DNA of 64,000 nt from an uncultured bacterium. GTDB taxonomy: Bacteria; Patescibacteriota; Minisyncoccia; Phycocordibacterales; Phycocordibacteraceae. Of the stretch, positions 9,683-19,262 are shown piece after piece. A model generated the notes under the pieces. It was not told where the DNA came from and did no database searches. It saw only the letters and a list, made by a program, of their open reading frames with translations. The stretch covers positions 61,547 to 125,546 of the forward strand of contig CAMTYL010000004.1 in NCBI GenBank assembly GCA_947085985.1, written 5' to 3'. The translations under genes and the position numbers were made by a program. The stretch's first letter is position 1. The number at the start of each line of letters is the position of its first letter.

Positions 9683-9933
9683 AAACCAACAAGTCATTCA
9701 CAAAGCGCATAAAGGTGACCCGCACCGGCAAGTTAGTCGTGCGCAAGGCCGGACAGGACCACTTCAACGCAAAGGAGCGCGGGCGCACCAAGCGTGTGAA
9801 GAACCGCACCCAGTCGCTTACCGTGACTAACGACGTTATGCGTCGCTTCCTTGGTGGCCATGGTGGCAGCAAGAAGAGCGCAGCAGCAAAGCAGGCTATC
9901 GTGGTGGTAGAAACACCAGCAACTGCTGAGTAA
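9679..9933 (+). CDS. rpmI: 50S ribosomal protein L35
   Basis: MKTNKSFTKRIKVTRTGKLVVRKAGQDHF; ATGA overlap with the infC stop. Confidence 0.9.
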   Translation: MKTNKSFTKRIKVTRTGKLVVRKAGQDHFNAKERGRTKRVKNRTQSLTVTNDVMRRFLGGHGGSKKSAAAKQAIVVVETPATAE

Positions 9934-9957
9934 TTTCAGTAAATTAATTAATTCTGT

Positions 9958-10308
9958 ATGGCACGAGTAAAAGGAGGAGTAGCGTCAGCAAAGCGTAGGA
10001 AGAATATCCTTCTTCGCGCAAAGGGATACCGACACGGTCGCTCTACTAAGGTGCGCCTTGCAAAGGAGTCGTTGGTACACGCTGGTAAGAACGCGTTCAA
10101 CCACCGCCGCGACAAGAAGACGGTATACCGCCAGCTTTGGATTGTTCGCTTGAACGCTGCCCTTCGTGACCTTGGCTTTAAGTCATACAGCACATTCATC
10201 GCTCAGATGAAGGCAAAGAACATTGGCCTAGACCGCAAGGTACTTGCGACATTTGCTGCTACCGAGCCAGAAGTATTTGGCCGCATCGTAGACCAGGTGA
10301 AGGGCTAA
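9958..10308 (+). CDS. rplT: 50S ribosomal protein L20
   Basis: MARVKGGVASAKRRKNILLRAKGYRHGRS... Confidence 0.95.
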   Translation: MARVKGGVASAKRRKNILLRAKGYRHGRSTKVRLAKESLVHAGKNAFNHRRDKKTVYRQLWIVRLNAALRDLGFKSYSTFIAQMKAKNIGLDRKVLATFAATEPEVFGRIVDQVKG

Positions 10309-10329
10309 TCACTTCCCCACCCTAAGAAA

Positions 10330-10360
10330 GGCCCCGCTCTCGCGGGGCCTTTCTTAATTA
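10330..10360. terminator. bidirectional rho-independent terminator
   Basis: GGCCCCGC-tctc-GCGGGGCC flanked by AAGAAA and TTTCTTAATT. Confidence 0.65.
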
Positions 10361-11031
10361 CTGATAGGAATATGAATGACAGTAGTTGGCTTGGGTTCAC
10401 TATTTCCCGTAAGGTATGCTTCGGTTCGCTTATACACCCTTAGCAACACCGTCGAGTTATCTACCCACGAACCACGCCCATAAAATGCAGGAAGTTCTGA
10501 GAGGAGTCCTAATGACGTGTTTGCATCCGCAACATATACATCTTGCATGATTCCAGTTTCTACATCAACAACAGTAGCCGTATCATGTTCGAATGGAACA
10601 CCAATACCAGTATTTGAACCCGGCCGAATAATAAGAATATGTTTGGAATCAGGACTGGTAATTAAACTTGAAGGAGCGTCTTCGACAAAAATTTTTTCCT
10701 GGTTTGGATTCAAACCAGTTTCCTTGGAAAGAACTTCCAATCTGCAGCTATCCGAGTCGCTATAGCAAGCGGAGCGACACATAAAGGTGAATGAGCGAGA
10801 TTCGGAAACGACATGATCGCATTCTCCTTCTCTTTCAAACACAACTGCTTGTGCGGCTTCACTCACCACTTTCTTATCCATATCTTCGGACGGGCTTGCC
10901 ACGAGCACCGGCTCGGTGTTCGTAGTATGAGGGGGTTCAGGATTCGTAGCAAAAATGAAGTACGCGTAAATAACACTAACACAAATGAAAATCATCAGGG
11001 CAGCGAGGAAGGTCTTCCGACTGAGAGACAT
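10354..11031 (-). CDS. hypothetical membrane-anchored extracytoplasmic protein
   Basis: TM helix then Cys-containing domain; ATG 11031 sits 2 nt after the upstream stop. Confidence 0.5.
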   Translation of the reverse strand: MSLSRKTFLAALMIFICVSVIYAYFIFATNPEPPHTTNTEPVLVASPSEDMDKKVVSEAAQAVVFEREGECDHVVSESRSFTFMCRSACYSDSDSCRLEVLSKETGLNPNQEKIFVEDAPSSLITSPDSKHILIIRPGSNTGIGVPFEHDTATVVDVETGIMQDVYVADANTSLGLLSELPAFYGRGSWVDNSTVLLRVYKRTEAYLTGNSEPKPTTVIHIPISN

Positions 11032-11033
11032 AT

Positions 11034-12422
11034 CTATGATACTTTCTTCGCACCCTGCTTGGTCACTTCCCACACCTCCCCTTTCGTCGGGGCATAGGCC
11101 GTGGCGCCCAGATAGCCGTGGATGCGCTGCGCAAGGAAGCGAGAAGACGCAGGCTCACCAAGCGCCGTGAAGAAGGTCTTGGTGCGCGGGAGTGCATTCT
11201 TTGCAAACTCCATAAGGCCGTCGCGGTCAGCGTGCGCACTCCAGCCCATATAGCTGCCAATCTTTGCCCGCACTTTCACCGGCCTGCCATCAATCTTCAC
11301 CACCTTAGCGCCACTTTGAAGCAGGCGGCCTGGTGAACCTGGAGCCTGGTATCCCACAATAAAGAGCGTGGTGTCGGGGTCTGGCAAGTACTTCTGCTCC
11401 CAGCGACCAATGCGACCGCCATGACTCATGCCCGCGCCCGCCATAATAATCTTTGGGTTTGGTGCCAGTTCAATATCTTGCGACTCTCCACGAGAGAGGG
11501 TCTCCTGCAACGAGCCGAACGAAAAGATATCCTTCTCTCGAGTAAGCTCTGATGCTACTTTCTCGTTAAAGTACTCCACGCTCCACTTGCGGTACACATC
11601 CGTCACATGGATTGCCAGTGGTGAGTCCAGGAACACACCAATACGTGGCAGTTTGCCCTCGTCCATAAGGTTAGAGATGGTGTACAGAAGCAACTGTGTG
11701 CGCTCTATGGAGAATGCTGGCATCAAAATCACGCCGCCACGCTTTATGGCGATGTTTAACTGCTCGCATAATTCCTCCTCTCTGTTTGCACGCCCGGTGT
11801 TGACTCGGTCGCCATACACACTCTCCATAATCATGACGTCAGCGTCTGGGATTGGCTCTGGGTCTTGCAGGTACGCCTCACCAGTGGCACCAATGTCGCC
11901 CGTGATAGCGAGCGTGACACCCTCGTCGTCCTTTATGCGGACGCTCGCAGAGCCCAAGATATGGCCCGTGTGGCGAAGGAAAATAGAAAGCCCGGGCGCC
12001 ACCTTGTGCTCGGTGTGATACTTCACAATTTCCACGCGCGCCATAAGTGCATCAATGTCTGCCTCGGTGTACATGGGCTCCCGATTATCTGCTTGTGCTT
12101 CTCTATTCAAAATCACTACTGAGTCGCGCAGCATAAGGTCAGTCAGGTCTGCCGTTGGTGCAGTCATGTAGACTTTTCCCTTAAACCCTTCACGCATCAA
12201 CTTTGGCGCGCGCCCGATGTGGTCTAGGTGCGCGTGGGTGATGACGAGGGCATCAATACTTGGCACATCATACGGAAACGGCTCGTACATGCAGGACTCG
12301 CACATGTCCCTACCCTGCTCAATGCCACAATCAACCAGAAGCTTGCCATGCAAGCCTTCTACTAAGAAGTTAGAACCGGTGACGGTGCCTGCGGCACCTG
12401 CAAATGTTACGCGGAGTGCCAT
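11034..12422 (-). CDS. MBL-fold beta-CASP ribonuclease (RNA-metabolising metallo-beta-lactamase, CPSF/RNase J-like)
   Basis: HAHLDH motif, beta-CASP region, C-terminal RNA-specificity domain; 462 aa. Confidence 0.8.
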   Translation of the reverse strand: MALRVTFAGAAGTVTGSNFLVEGLHGKLLVDCGIEQGRDMCESCMYEPFPYDVPSIDALVITHAHLDHIGRAPKLMREGFKGKVYMTAPTADLTDLMLRDSVVILNREAQADNREPMYTEADIDALMARVEIVKYHTEHKVAPGLSIFLRHTGHILGSASVRIKDDEGVTLAITGDIGATGEAYLQDPEPIPDADVMIMESVYGDRVNTGRANREEELCEQLNIAIKRGGVILMPAFSIERTQLLLYTISNLMDEGKLPRIGVFLDSPLAIHVTDVYRKWSVEYFNEKVASELTREKDIFSFGSLQETLSRGESQDIELAPNPKIIMAGAGMSHGGRIGRWEQKYLPDPDTTLFIVGYQAPGSPGRLLQSGAKVVKIDGRPVKVRAKIGSYMGWSAHADRDGLMEFAKNALPRTKTFFTALGEPASSRFLAQRIHGYLGATAYAPTKGEVWEVTKQGAKKVS

Positions 12423-12766
12423 ATGGTGTAGCGAGCTAATACGTACGCGACAGAGCCACCAATTGCGTTGTTCAGTAGATCCTTTGCGGTATCAAACACG
12501 TAGTCGGCCGATTGTGGGGTGCCTATAAGTACTTCAAACACTTCCCACCCTACGGAAATAGCGACCATGCCAAGCAACAAGTACACTGGGCGGTACCTAA
12601 ACAAAAACGCAATAAGAAGACTTGCCATGCCGAAACCTCCTAGAAGATGCATGGGCACATCAAGCCAGCGATAGGTCCAGTACAAAGACTCCGCTGTCGC
12701 CACATTGTGAACGAGCGCCAGTATCGCACAGGAAAAGAGTGCCAGAAGGAACCAATATAATCGCAT
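12407..12766 (-). CDS. small polytopic membrane protein (VanZ-like, weak)
   Basis: four predicted TM helices; start taken at ATG 12766. Confidence 0.4.
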   Translation of the reverse strand: MRLYWFLLALFSCAILALVHNVATAESLYWTYRWLDVPMHLLGGFGMASLLIAFLFRYRPVYLLLGMVAISVGWEVFEVLIGTPQSADYVFDTAKDLLNNAIGGSVAYVLARYTIWHSA

Positions 12767-12791
12767 TGCTACTACTCTAGCATGCGTAGAA

Positions 12792-12825
12792 ACGAACAAA
12801 CTCGCATTACTGCGAGTTTGTTCGT
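12792..12825. terminator. 15-bp perfect hairpin ACGAACAAACTCGCA-ttac-TGCGAGTTTGTTCGT
   Basis: lies far downstream of ndk and just upstream of the VanZ-like start. Confidence 0.45.
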
Positions 12826-13067
12826 GGAGCCGCCTCTATGTGGCAACTCTTATATGCCACGTGGGTGTCCGCACCGCGTTCGTTAGACTATAAAAAGTGC
12901 ACCCGAACGCGTGAATATAAGACTCCCGAAATTGAAGCAAGTTGCATTGCGAGACGACTCCTCTGAAATTATACCCCCTCCCCAATATCGGTCTGTGGAA
13001 AACAAGAAACTGCCCTTTCAGGCAGTGTTCTTGTAGTGAACAGGGACGTTCTAAAAGGTTTCAGATA

Positions 13068-13200
13068 CAAGGCGCGAGTTCAGACTGGAGCGAGTCGTAC
13101 TAGAAGTACGGTGAGCGTGCCAGAATTTCTTGAGCGAAGCGATTAGAAATTCAAATACTCTTGGGGTGAACAGTTCGAGCGAGAAACGCTGTAGATGAGC
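13068..13200 (+). repeat. conserved intergenic element, copy A (CAAGGCGCGAG ... CGTACTAGAAGTACGGTGAGCGTG ... GAGCGAGAAACGCTGTAGATG)
   Basis: shares hairpin and GTGAGCGTG block with copy D and the ...CGC..AGATG end with all copies; carries an extra ~55-nt insert with a GAATTTCT/AGAAATTC inverted repeat. Confidence 0.6.
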
Positions 13201-13218
13201 CTTTTTGGACGTGCCCCC

Positions 13219-13830
13219 TTACTCCATTACGCCATCCAGATTCACATCGTACAGAATCTCATCCTGTACGTGTCGGTAGCTATAGAGATCAGACTCTGGG
13301 AACCACATAGCAAGCTCCTTGTTTGCGTTCTCTGGCTCGTCTGAGCAGTGAATAAGGTTTCGCACTGCGCGGTCGTCTACGGCGCAGATTGCGTACGAAT
13401 CAATGGTAAGGTCGCCACGAATAGTACCCACGTCGCTTGTAGCAGGCTCAGTCTCACCCACAATCTTCTTCACTACTGCTACCGCCTGATTACCTTCAAG
13501 CGCCATCATAACGACTGGACTTACGGTCATGTACTTCACGAGTGCGCGGATGATGTCCTTTCCGTACTCAATAGGCTCCTTGTCTACGGACATACCTGCA
13601 GCAGCACGGTCTTCAGCAATCTTTGTTCCCTTCTTTAGGAACCACGCATCGTCCTTATCGTAGTGCTTCCAAAGGAGATCCTCAGGAAGAACGGCCATTC
13701 GCATGCCGACAATCTTGAGACCAGTGTTCTCAAAGCGACGAGTAATTTCTCCAACGAGTCCGCGCTGTACGCCGTCCGGCTTCACAATCACGAATGTTCG
13801 CTCTTTCTTTGGGTGGGAAGGGTTTGCCAT
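13219..13830 (-). CDS. ndk: nucleoside diphosphate kinase, unusually long (203 aa)
   Basis: ERTFVIVKPDGVQRGLVGEI N-terminus; insertions compared with the ~140-aa canonical form. Confidence 0.8.
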   Translation of the reverse strand: MANPSHPKKERTFVIVKPDGVQRGLVGEITRRFENTGLKIVGMRMAVLPEDLLWKHYDKDDAWFLKKGTKIAEDRAAAGMSVDKEPIEYGKDIIRALVKYMTVSPVVMMALEGNQAVAVVKKIVGETEPATSDVGTIRGDLTIDSYAICAVDDRAVRNLIHCSDEPENANKELAMWFPESDLYSYRHVQDEILYDVNLDGVME

Positions 13831-13913
13831 ATTGTTTATTAAAAACCGCCTTACGGCGTTGATATATATGCACTATAACGCATACGTACGTATTCTGCCA
13901 CGCTGATCCACTA

Positions 13914-14483
13914 CTACGACTTGGCGAGTGCAGCCGAAACCGCCGGAATCTCTATCTGCTCAAATAACTCCATCTCCTGCGTAGAATCAATCCCGACGGC
14001 CTTGCCTGTGACGGTATACAGCGATACATGAGCAGGCTGCACCGGAACGTCAACGTTGAGAACACGGCGAACTGTTTCAAAATAGCCCCCGAGCCCCTGT
14101 ATTCGGCACCTTGCAGCAATGCTTGTTCGTTCTGCAGTTTTCGCGAGCCGCAGGTCGCCCACAAAACCTGAGAATGAAAGGGTGTGTGTGCGCACATACT
14201 CTGCTAGCAACCGCTTCAATTCCTCCTTGAGGAAATCCTCCTTTTTAACGTCTCCTTCAGCAAGAGTACGCGCTATTCCGCGTGCGTTTATTATCGTTAC
14301 GTGGAATTCGTCCTTTTTCTGAAACACCTGACCCCCTACTTCAAGAGATTCTGGCAGGTCAAGAAATTTGCCTGGGTCTAATACGAGCCACAGATATCCT
14401 TCGGGGTGAGCATAATACTCAGCTGGGAATTGAGCTTTTTTCAGTTCCACTGACTCTGCCTGTGGCATCTGCTCTTTTGTCAT
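13914..14483 (-). CDS. hypothetical protein
   Basis: 189-aa ORF in the operon position downstream of map; no motif recognised. Confidence 0.5.
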   Translation of the reverse strand: MTKEQMPQAESVELKKAQFPAEYYAHPEGYLWLVLDPGKFLDLPESLEVGGQVFQKKDEFHVTIINARGIARTLAEGDVKKEDFLKEELKRLLAEYVRTHTLSFSGFVGDLRLAKTAERTSIAARCRIQGLGGYFETVRRVLNVDVPVQPAHVSLYTVTGKAVGIDSTQEMELFEQIEIPAVSAALAKS

Positions 14484-14485
14484 AT

Positions 14486-15262
14486 CTATTCCCCAGGACG
14501 ACGAGTCACTACTATGGTTCCCTCATCCTCCACAAGAATCGTATGCTCAAAGTGCGCAGAGCGAGAACCGTCTCGTGTGCGATAGGTGTACCCGTCTGGC
14601 GCAATTACGACAGATGCCTTGCCGGCGTTTGCGATAGGCTCAAGTGCGAGCACCATGCCACTCACAATCTCTGGGCCCGTGCCTGGGTGGCCAGCGTTGG
14701 CGATAAACGGTTCCTCGTGCACGCGCTCCCCTACCGCGTGCCCGCCAAGCATCTTCACCACTGAAAAGCCTGTGCCGACGAATGCTTGCTCCGTGGAGTG
14801 GGAAATGTCGCCAATACGGTTCCCAGGTCGTGCAACCGCTATTGCGGCCTCCAGAGCTGCCTGAGTGGCGTTCATAAGCTCGTACGACTCCTTACCCACC
14901 TTCCCAACGGGCACCGTAATAGCAGTGTCTGTTATGAAACCCTTATGGGTAAGACCGATATCAAGCGCGACAATATCTCCCTCCTTGAGGATGCGTGGGT
15001 CCTCGTTTGGAATACCGTGCACCACCTCCTCGTTTACCGACACACACAGCGTGGCTGGGTACGGGCGCCCTCCCCCTTCTGGGGTATAGCCCTTAAACGC
15101 AGGCGTATCTCCTCCCTCAAGAATAAGGCGCTCAGCCTCTCTATCAAGCACATCTACGGAAACCCCAGGCGCTACAAGTGCGGCCACCTTTTCAAGCACG
15201 ATACCAAGTCGGCGACCCGACTCAATAATGCCTTCACGCTGCTCGTTCGTGCGAACTATCAT
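14486..15262 (-). CDS. map: type I methionine aminopeptidase
   Basis: pita-bread fold metal ligands (D..D..H..E..E). Confidence 0.9.
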   Translation of the reverse strand: MIVRTNEQREGIIESGRRLGIVLEKVAALVAPGVSVDVLDREAERLILEGGDTPAFKGYTPEGGGRPYPATLCVSVNEEVVHGIPNEDPRILKEGDIVALDIGLTHKGFITDTAITVPVGKVGKESYELMNATQAALEAAIAVARPGNRIGDISHSTEQAFVGTGFSVVKMLGGHAVGERVHEEPFIANAGHPGTGPEIVSGMVLALEPIANAGKASVVIAPDGYTYRTRDGSRSAHFEHTILVEDEGTIVVTRRPGE

Positions 15263-15831
15263 ACGAGATTAAGCGCCTTCTCTATATCCAAAGCTACTGC
15301 TTCGGGCGCCTGGTTCCCATTAATCTCAATTAATACCCCAAGATTTCTGAATAGGTCCAGTGCTTTTGTCGTATAGGTATTGTACTCTTCCATACGCTTC
15401 TCAACATAATGGTCGTCAGCTCTGCCAGATGTCTCTGCGCGACCCGCAAGACGCTTGGCCACTTCTTCTTCTGACACGTTAATCTCCAGAACTGAGAAGG
15501 GTCTCTCAAGCCACTTAAGCGAATCAATAATAAGCTGAGCCTCCTGCTCCTTGCGATTAAATCCGTCAAAAATGATGCTTTCGTCTGCAGATACGGAGAA
15601 AAGGCTGCGTAGATACACATACATAGCAAACCAATGAGGAGACAGAAGTCCCTTATCCATCTCTTCCTTTGTGCGACGACCCGCAGGAGTGTCTTCAGTG
15701 GCAATTTCTCTAAACTGATCACCCGAAGCAAGGACATGCCATCCCGTCTTTGCGGCAAGCATTTTTGCTTGAGTACCTTTTCCACAACCAGGTCGACCAA
15801 TAAAAAATACTGTTTTTGGGCTAGATTCCAT
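15259..15831 (-). CDS. adk: adenylate kinase
   Basis: P-loop GRPGCGKGTQA, NMP-binding and lid regions. Confidence 0.9.
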   Translation of the reverse strand: MESSPKTVFFIGRPGCGKGTQAKMLAAKTGWHVLASGDQFREIATEDTPAGRRTKEEMDKGLLSPHWFAMYVYLRSLFSVSADESIIFDGFNRKEQEAQLIIDSLKWLERPFSVLEINVSEEEVAKRLAGRAETSGRADDHYVEKRMEEYNTYTTKALDLFRNLGVLIEINGNQAPEAVALDIEKALNLV

Positions 15832-15902
15832 TTAAGAAAGATTATTACAAACGTACTGTATCACGAAGCGTACTTGTGTCAGCTCGGTTTGAAATGCGCC
15901 GA

Positions 15903-15986
15903 GATGCTAGGCGCGGGGAGATGAGAAGCGTAGACGTACTAGCAGTACGACGAAGCGACGAATCGGGACCCGCAACAACGCAGATT
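15903..15986 (+). repeat. conserved intergenic element, copy B (GATGCTAGGCGCGGGGAG ... CGTACTAGCAGTACGACGAAGCG ... GGGACCCGCAACAACGCAGATT)
   Basis: between the secY stop and adk start, written on the opposite strand to both. Confidence 0.7.
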
Positions 15987-16007
15987 GGCGTAGTTCGAAA
16001 CGAGCTT

Positions 16008-17276
16008 CTAATACTCGCGAAGAGATGCCTGCGCATCAACCTTGCGAATAAGATCAAGCACCACGGTGACCGCAATCAAGAGCGCCGTACCACCCACAAG
16101 AATCGCAGAGATTCCGGTAATACCCTGGATAATAAACGGAATGACTGCCACAAGACCCAAGAAGGTAGAACCAGGAAGCGTGATGCGACTCACCACCTTT
16201 GCAAGGTAATTCTCTGTCTCGCGACCCGGACGAACGCCAGGAATAAATGCGCCAGACTTCTGCAAGTTCTCGGCAACACGGTGTGGCTCAAAGGTGATAG
16301 AGGTGTAGAAGTAGGTGAACATCACAACAAGCGCAAAGTACGCGGCGCCGTACGCAAACGGATTAGCAGCAAACGCGTTGTAGCCGTTTAGTACCGCGTC
16401 CATACCCGCTACACCCACAGACGAGAGTGCCGTGATAATCATCTGCGGAAGCAGCAAGAGTGAAAGCGCGAAAATGATTGGAATAACACCGGCTTGAAGA
16501 AGACGAATCGGCAAGTATGACGGTCCGGTAGCACCCTGCCCGCGGCTCGTGCGTGCGTAGTTAATTGGAATTGAGCGTTCACCCTCTGACACCACGACTA
16601 CAAGGAAGGTGACAATGAGTGCAATCACTGCAAAGGCAACGTAGGCCGGGATATTTGCAGCCGAAGCCGAGAAGATGGCCTGACCAATACCTGCAGGAAG
16701 TGACGCCACGATACCCGCAAAGATGATGATTGAAACACCGTTTCCAACACCAAACTCAGTGATAAGCTCACCAATCCACATAAGGAGCATGGAACCAGCG
16801 GCTACAAGGAAGACGTTTAGTGCAAACGCAAACGGAGAGAGTGACGAAACAATGCCCTGGCTTTCAAGAAGCGAGAGGAATGCGATTGCCTGAAGAATGG
16901 CAAGCGGGATAGAAAGTACGCGTGAAATGGCGATGAAGCGAGTACGACCCGCCTCTCCCTCCTCCGAGTACATCGCCTTCACCTGCGGGAACACCACCGT
17001 TGCGAGCTGCATGATGATGCTTGCAGTGATGTAGGGACCAACACCGAGCATCACAAGGGAAAGGTAAGAGAAACCACCTCCCGAGAACACGGAAAGAAGA
17101 CCGAGGAACTGGTTGTTATTGAAAAACTGAGCGAGCGCAACCTCGTCAACGCCCGGAATTGGCACTGCAGCCAAAATACGGAACACGACAAGGGCAGCGA
17201 GAATAAAGAGGATGCGGTTGCGCAGCACCCGGTCGCCGAAGATAAGCCCTAGTTTGTGTGTAATCTGCTTAAGCAT
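16008..17276 (-). CDS. secY: preprotein translocase subunit SecY
   Basis: 10-TM SecY family. Confidence 0.95.
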   Translation of the reverse strand: MLKQITHKLGLIFGDRVLRNRILFILAALVVFRILAAVPIPGVDEVALAQFFNNNQFLGLLSVFSGGGFSYLSLVMLGVGPYITASIIMQLATVVFPQVKAMYSEEGEAGRTRFIAISRVLSIPLAILQAIAFLSLLESQGIVSSLSPFAFALNVFLVAAGSMLLMWIGELITEFGVGNGVSIIIFAGIVASLPAGIGQAIFSASAANIPAYVAFAVIALIVTFLVVVVSEGERSIPINYARTSRGQGATGPSYLPIRLLQAGVIPIIFALSLLLLPQMIITALSSVGVAGMDAVLNGYNAFAANPFAYGAAYFALVVMFTYFYTSITFEPHRVAENLQKSGAFIPGVRPGRETENYLAKVVSRITLPGSTFLGLVAVIPFIIQGITGISAILVGGTALLIAVTVVLDLIRKVDAQASLREY

Positions 17277-17724
17277 TGGATAGGATGGAACCTCCGGCTG
17301 CCTCTACTGCCGTCTTAGCGCTCTCTGAATAGGCGCAGTCGGAAATCTTCAAGGCCTTCGTAAGGGTACCAGTTCCAAGTACTTTCACATAGCTGATGCG
17401 TCCACCGCGTGCACGCACGAGTCCCTTCTTGTAGAGGGTCTCTGGGTTCACCAGGTCGCCCGCAACAAACGAGTTCTCTAGCACAGAGAGGTTTACTCCC
17501 TCGTACGGGGCCTTAACACGCACGGTGCGTGAGCGGTTCTTTCCGTGACCACGAAGCTTTGGAAGCTTCTTGATGAGGTCGCGCATCTCAGGGCGCTTCT
17601 TGTGTCCTGCGCGTGCGTTCTGACCCTTGGTACCACGACCAGAGGTCTTGCCGCGCTTACCACCACGACCAACACGAGGAGTCTCAATGCGAGGGGTCTT
17701 TGGAGCGAGTGTGTTTGACTGCAT
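17269..17724 (-). CDS. rplO: 50S ribosomal protein L15
   Basis: G/R-rich N-terminus GRGGKRGKTSGRG; only 11 nt from rpsE, so no rpmD between them. Confidence 0.9.
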   Translation of the reverse strand: MQSNTLAPKTPRIETPRVGRGGKRGKTSGRGTKGQNARAGHKKRPEMRDLIKKLPKLRGHGKNRSRTVRVKAPYEGVNLSVLENSFVAGDLVNPETLYKKGLVRARGGRISYVKVLGTGTLTKALKISDCAYSESAKTAVEAAGGSILSNA

Positions 17725-17735
17725 AGTAAAAGTGA

Positions 17736-18338
17736 TTAGCGGGCTGAAGCAAGAGCATCAACGGTTGCGCGAGCAATGGTGAGCTTATTCTTAGTGCGGG
17801 TCAAAATCTTTGCAACCACGTCGGTGACACCAGCGTGCTCTAGCACGATGCGCATAGCGCTTCCTGCCACCACACCGCGTCCTGGAGAAGGAACGATAGT
17901 GACAATAGATGATGAATTTTTTACAGAAACGTCGTGCGCAATAGAGTTGTCCTTGGTGCGCTTAACGGTGATCATGTGCTTCTTCGCGTCGCGAACTGCC
18001 TTATCAATAGCAAGCGCGGTGTCTGCTCCCTTTCCAAGACCAACACCAACACGACCCTTCTTGTCACCAATAACTACGGTCACACTGAAGGAGAAGCGGC
18101 GTCCTCCTGCCATCACACGAGCCACGCGGCGAACGTCAATCGTTGCCTGCTCAAACTCGCTGCGCTCGCGAGGAGCACGGTCACGTGGACGGCCACGGCC
18201 ATCTCCGCGACCACCTCCCTGTGGACGACGTCCACGAACAGCCCCACGAGGGTCGGTGGTAGCAGCTGCAGCCTCGGTTACCGGAGTCTCTACGGGAGTC
18301 TCGGTGGTTGCTTCTGGTTTGATCTCAGTGTCAGTCAT
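17736..18338 (-). CDS. rpsE: 30S ribosomal protein S5 with an R/G-rich N-terminal extension
   Basis: conserved S5 core RVARVMAGGRRFSFSVTVVIGDKKGRVGVGLGKG. Confidence 0.9.
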   Translation of the reverse strand: MTDTEIKPEATTETPVETPVTEAAAATTDPRGAVRGRRPQGGGRGDGRGRPRDRAPRERSEFEQATIDVRRVARVMAGGRRFSFSVTVVIGDKKGRVGVGLGKGADTALAIDKAVRDAKKHMITVKRTKDNSIAHDVSVKNSSSIVTIVPSPGRGVVAGSAMRIVLEHAGVTDVVAKILTRTKNKLTIARATVDALASAR

Positions 18339-18346
18339 AAAAATAA

Positions 18347-18697
18347 TTAGAACGTAAGTCCCTCTGCACGAGCAGTGTCAGCAAGGAGCTTTATCTGTCC
18401 GCCATACTCGTATCCACCACGGTCAAATACAACCGTATCAATTCCAGCCTTCTTGCTAGCAACAACGATTGCCTTTCCAACCGCCTCTGCCTGCGCTGAA
18501 AGCGCTCCGCCAAATGCCTTGCCGTGAGCAGCCGCGAGCGTTACGCCAGCGCTGTCGTCAATAACCTGCGCGCTGATGTAGCGGTTTGACTTAAATACTG
18601 CAAGACGAGGGCGCGCAGTTGTTCCAGACACACGAGCGCGTACGCGCTTGTGGCGACGATCGCGAAGTCCTTTCTTTGTAAGTAGTGTAGTAGCCAT
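18347..18697 (-). CDS. rplR: 50S ribosomal protein L18
   Basis: RLAVFKSNRYISAQVIDD... Confidence 0.9.
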   Translation of the reverse strand: MATTLLTKKGLRDRRHKRVRARVSGTTARPRLAVFKSNRYISAQVIDDSAGVTLAAAHGKAFGGALSAQAEAVGKAIVVASKKAGIDTVVFDRGGYEYGGQIKLLADTARAEGLTF

Positions 18698-18706
18698 AGA
18701 TCAATC

Positions 18707-19252
18707 TTATACAGCCTTCTTGCCCTGCTTGCGGCGGATAACCTCGTTGTCGTACGCAATACCCTTTCCAAGGTATGGCTCGGGTGGCTTGATTGCACGA
18801 ATCTCTGCAGCAAACTGTCCAACCTTCTGCTTGTCAGAGCCTTCAATGGTGATGGTCAGCTTCTCAACCTTCGCCTCAAGTCCCTCAGGAATAGCGAGTG
18901 TCACCGGGTGAGAGAATCCAACGGCAAACACGAGGTCGCGACCCTTAAGCTCTACCTTGTATCCCACACCCTTCATGATGAGCACCTTCTTAAAAGGAGT
19001 CTCAACACCAGTCATCATAGAACGGGCGTGTGCAGCAAAGGTGCCGGTAAGTGCGCGCGCAAGCTTTGAAGACTCAGCAGGTGCAATAACAAGTCCCTCG
19101 CTCGTCACCTCAATGGTGATGCTTGGGTGAATAGGCATAGAAAGTGTTGCCTTTGAACCCTTCACAGAAAGCACACCATCGTTAGTGTCTACTGACACTT
19201 TTGCAGGAATGATGATGGGCTTCTTTGCGAGACGAGAGAGTGAAGTAATCAT
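18707..19252 (-). CDS. rplF: 50S ribosomal protein L6
   Basis: two L6 repeats; start taken at ATG 19252. Confidence 0.9.
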   Translation of the reverse strand: MITSLSRLAKKPIIIPAKVSVDTNDGVLSVKGSKATLSMPIHPSITIEVTSEGLVIAPAESSKLARALTGTFAAHARSMMTGVETPFKKVLIMKGVGYKVELKGRDLVFAVGFSHPVTLAIPEGLEAKVEKLTITIEGSDKQKVGQFAAEIRAIKPPEPYLGKGIAYDNEVIRRKQGKKAV

Positions 19253-19262
19253 ACGTAACCAA

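Noticed and set aside
13096-13110. GTAC-N5-GTAC palindrome in the repeats as a cyanobacterial-type LexA box or other TF operator
   Set aside because: Spacer length varies between 5 and 6 nt, and the loop sequence varies while the stem is kept. This fits a hairpin better than a fixed-spacing protein site. No lexA is in the window.
13170-13203. Hammerhead-ribozyme-like GAAAC / GATGAG fragments in copies A and F
   Set aside because: Order and spacing of the conserved cores and the required three helices are not present.
15876-16391. 171-aa + strand ORF overlapping secY antisense; similar long antisense ORFs at 17776-18357, 20069-20683, 53833-54453, 1512-2507 and 29106-29777
   Set aside because: R/A/L-rich composition typical of reverse strands of GC-rich genes. 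Each overlaps a well-supported conserved gene. The shared DARR / VLAVRR residues between the ORFs over copies B and C come from nucleotide conservation of the repeat; copy D has a stop in that frame.
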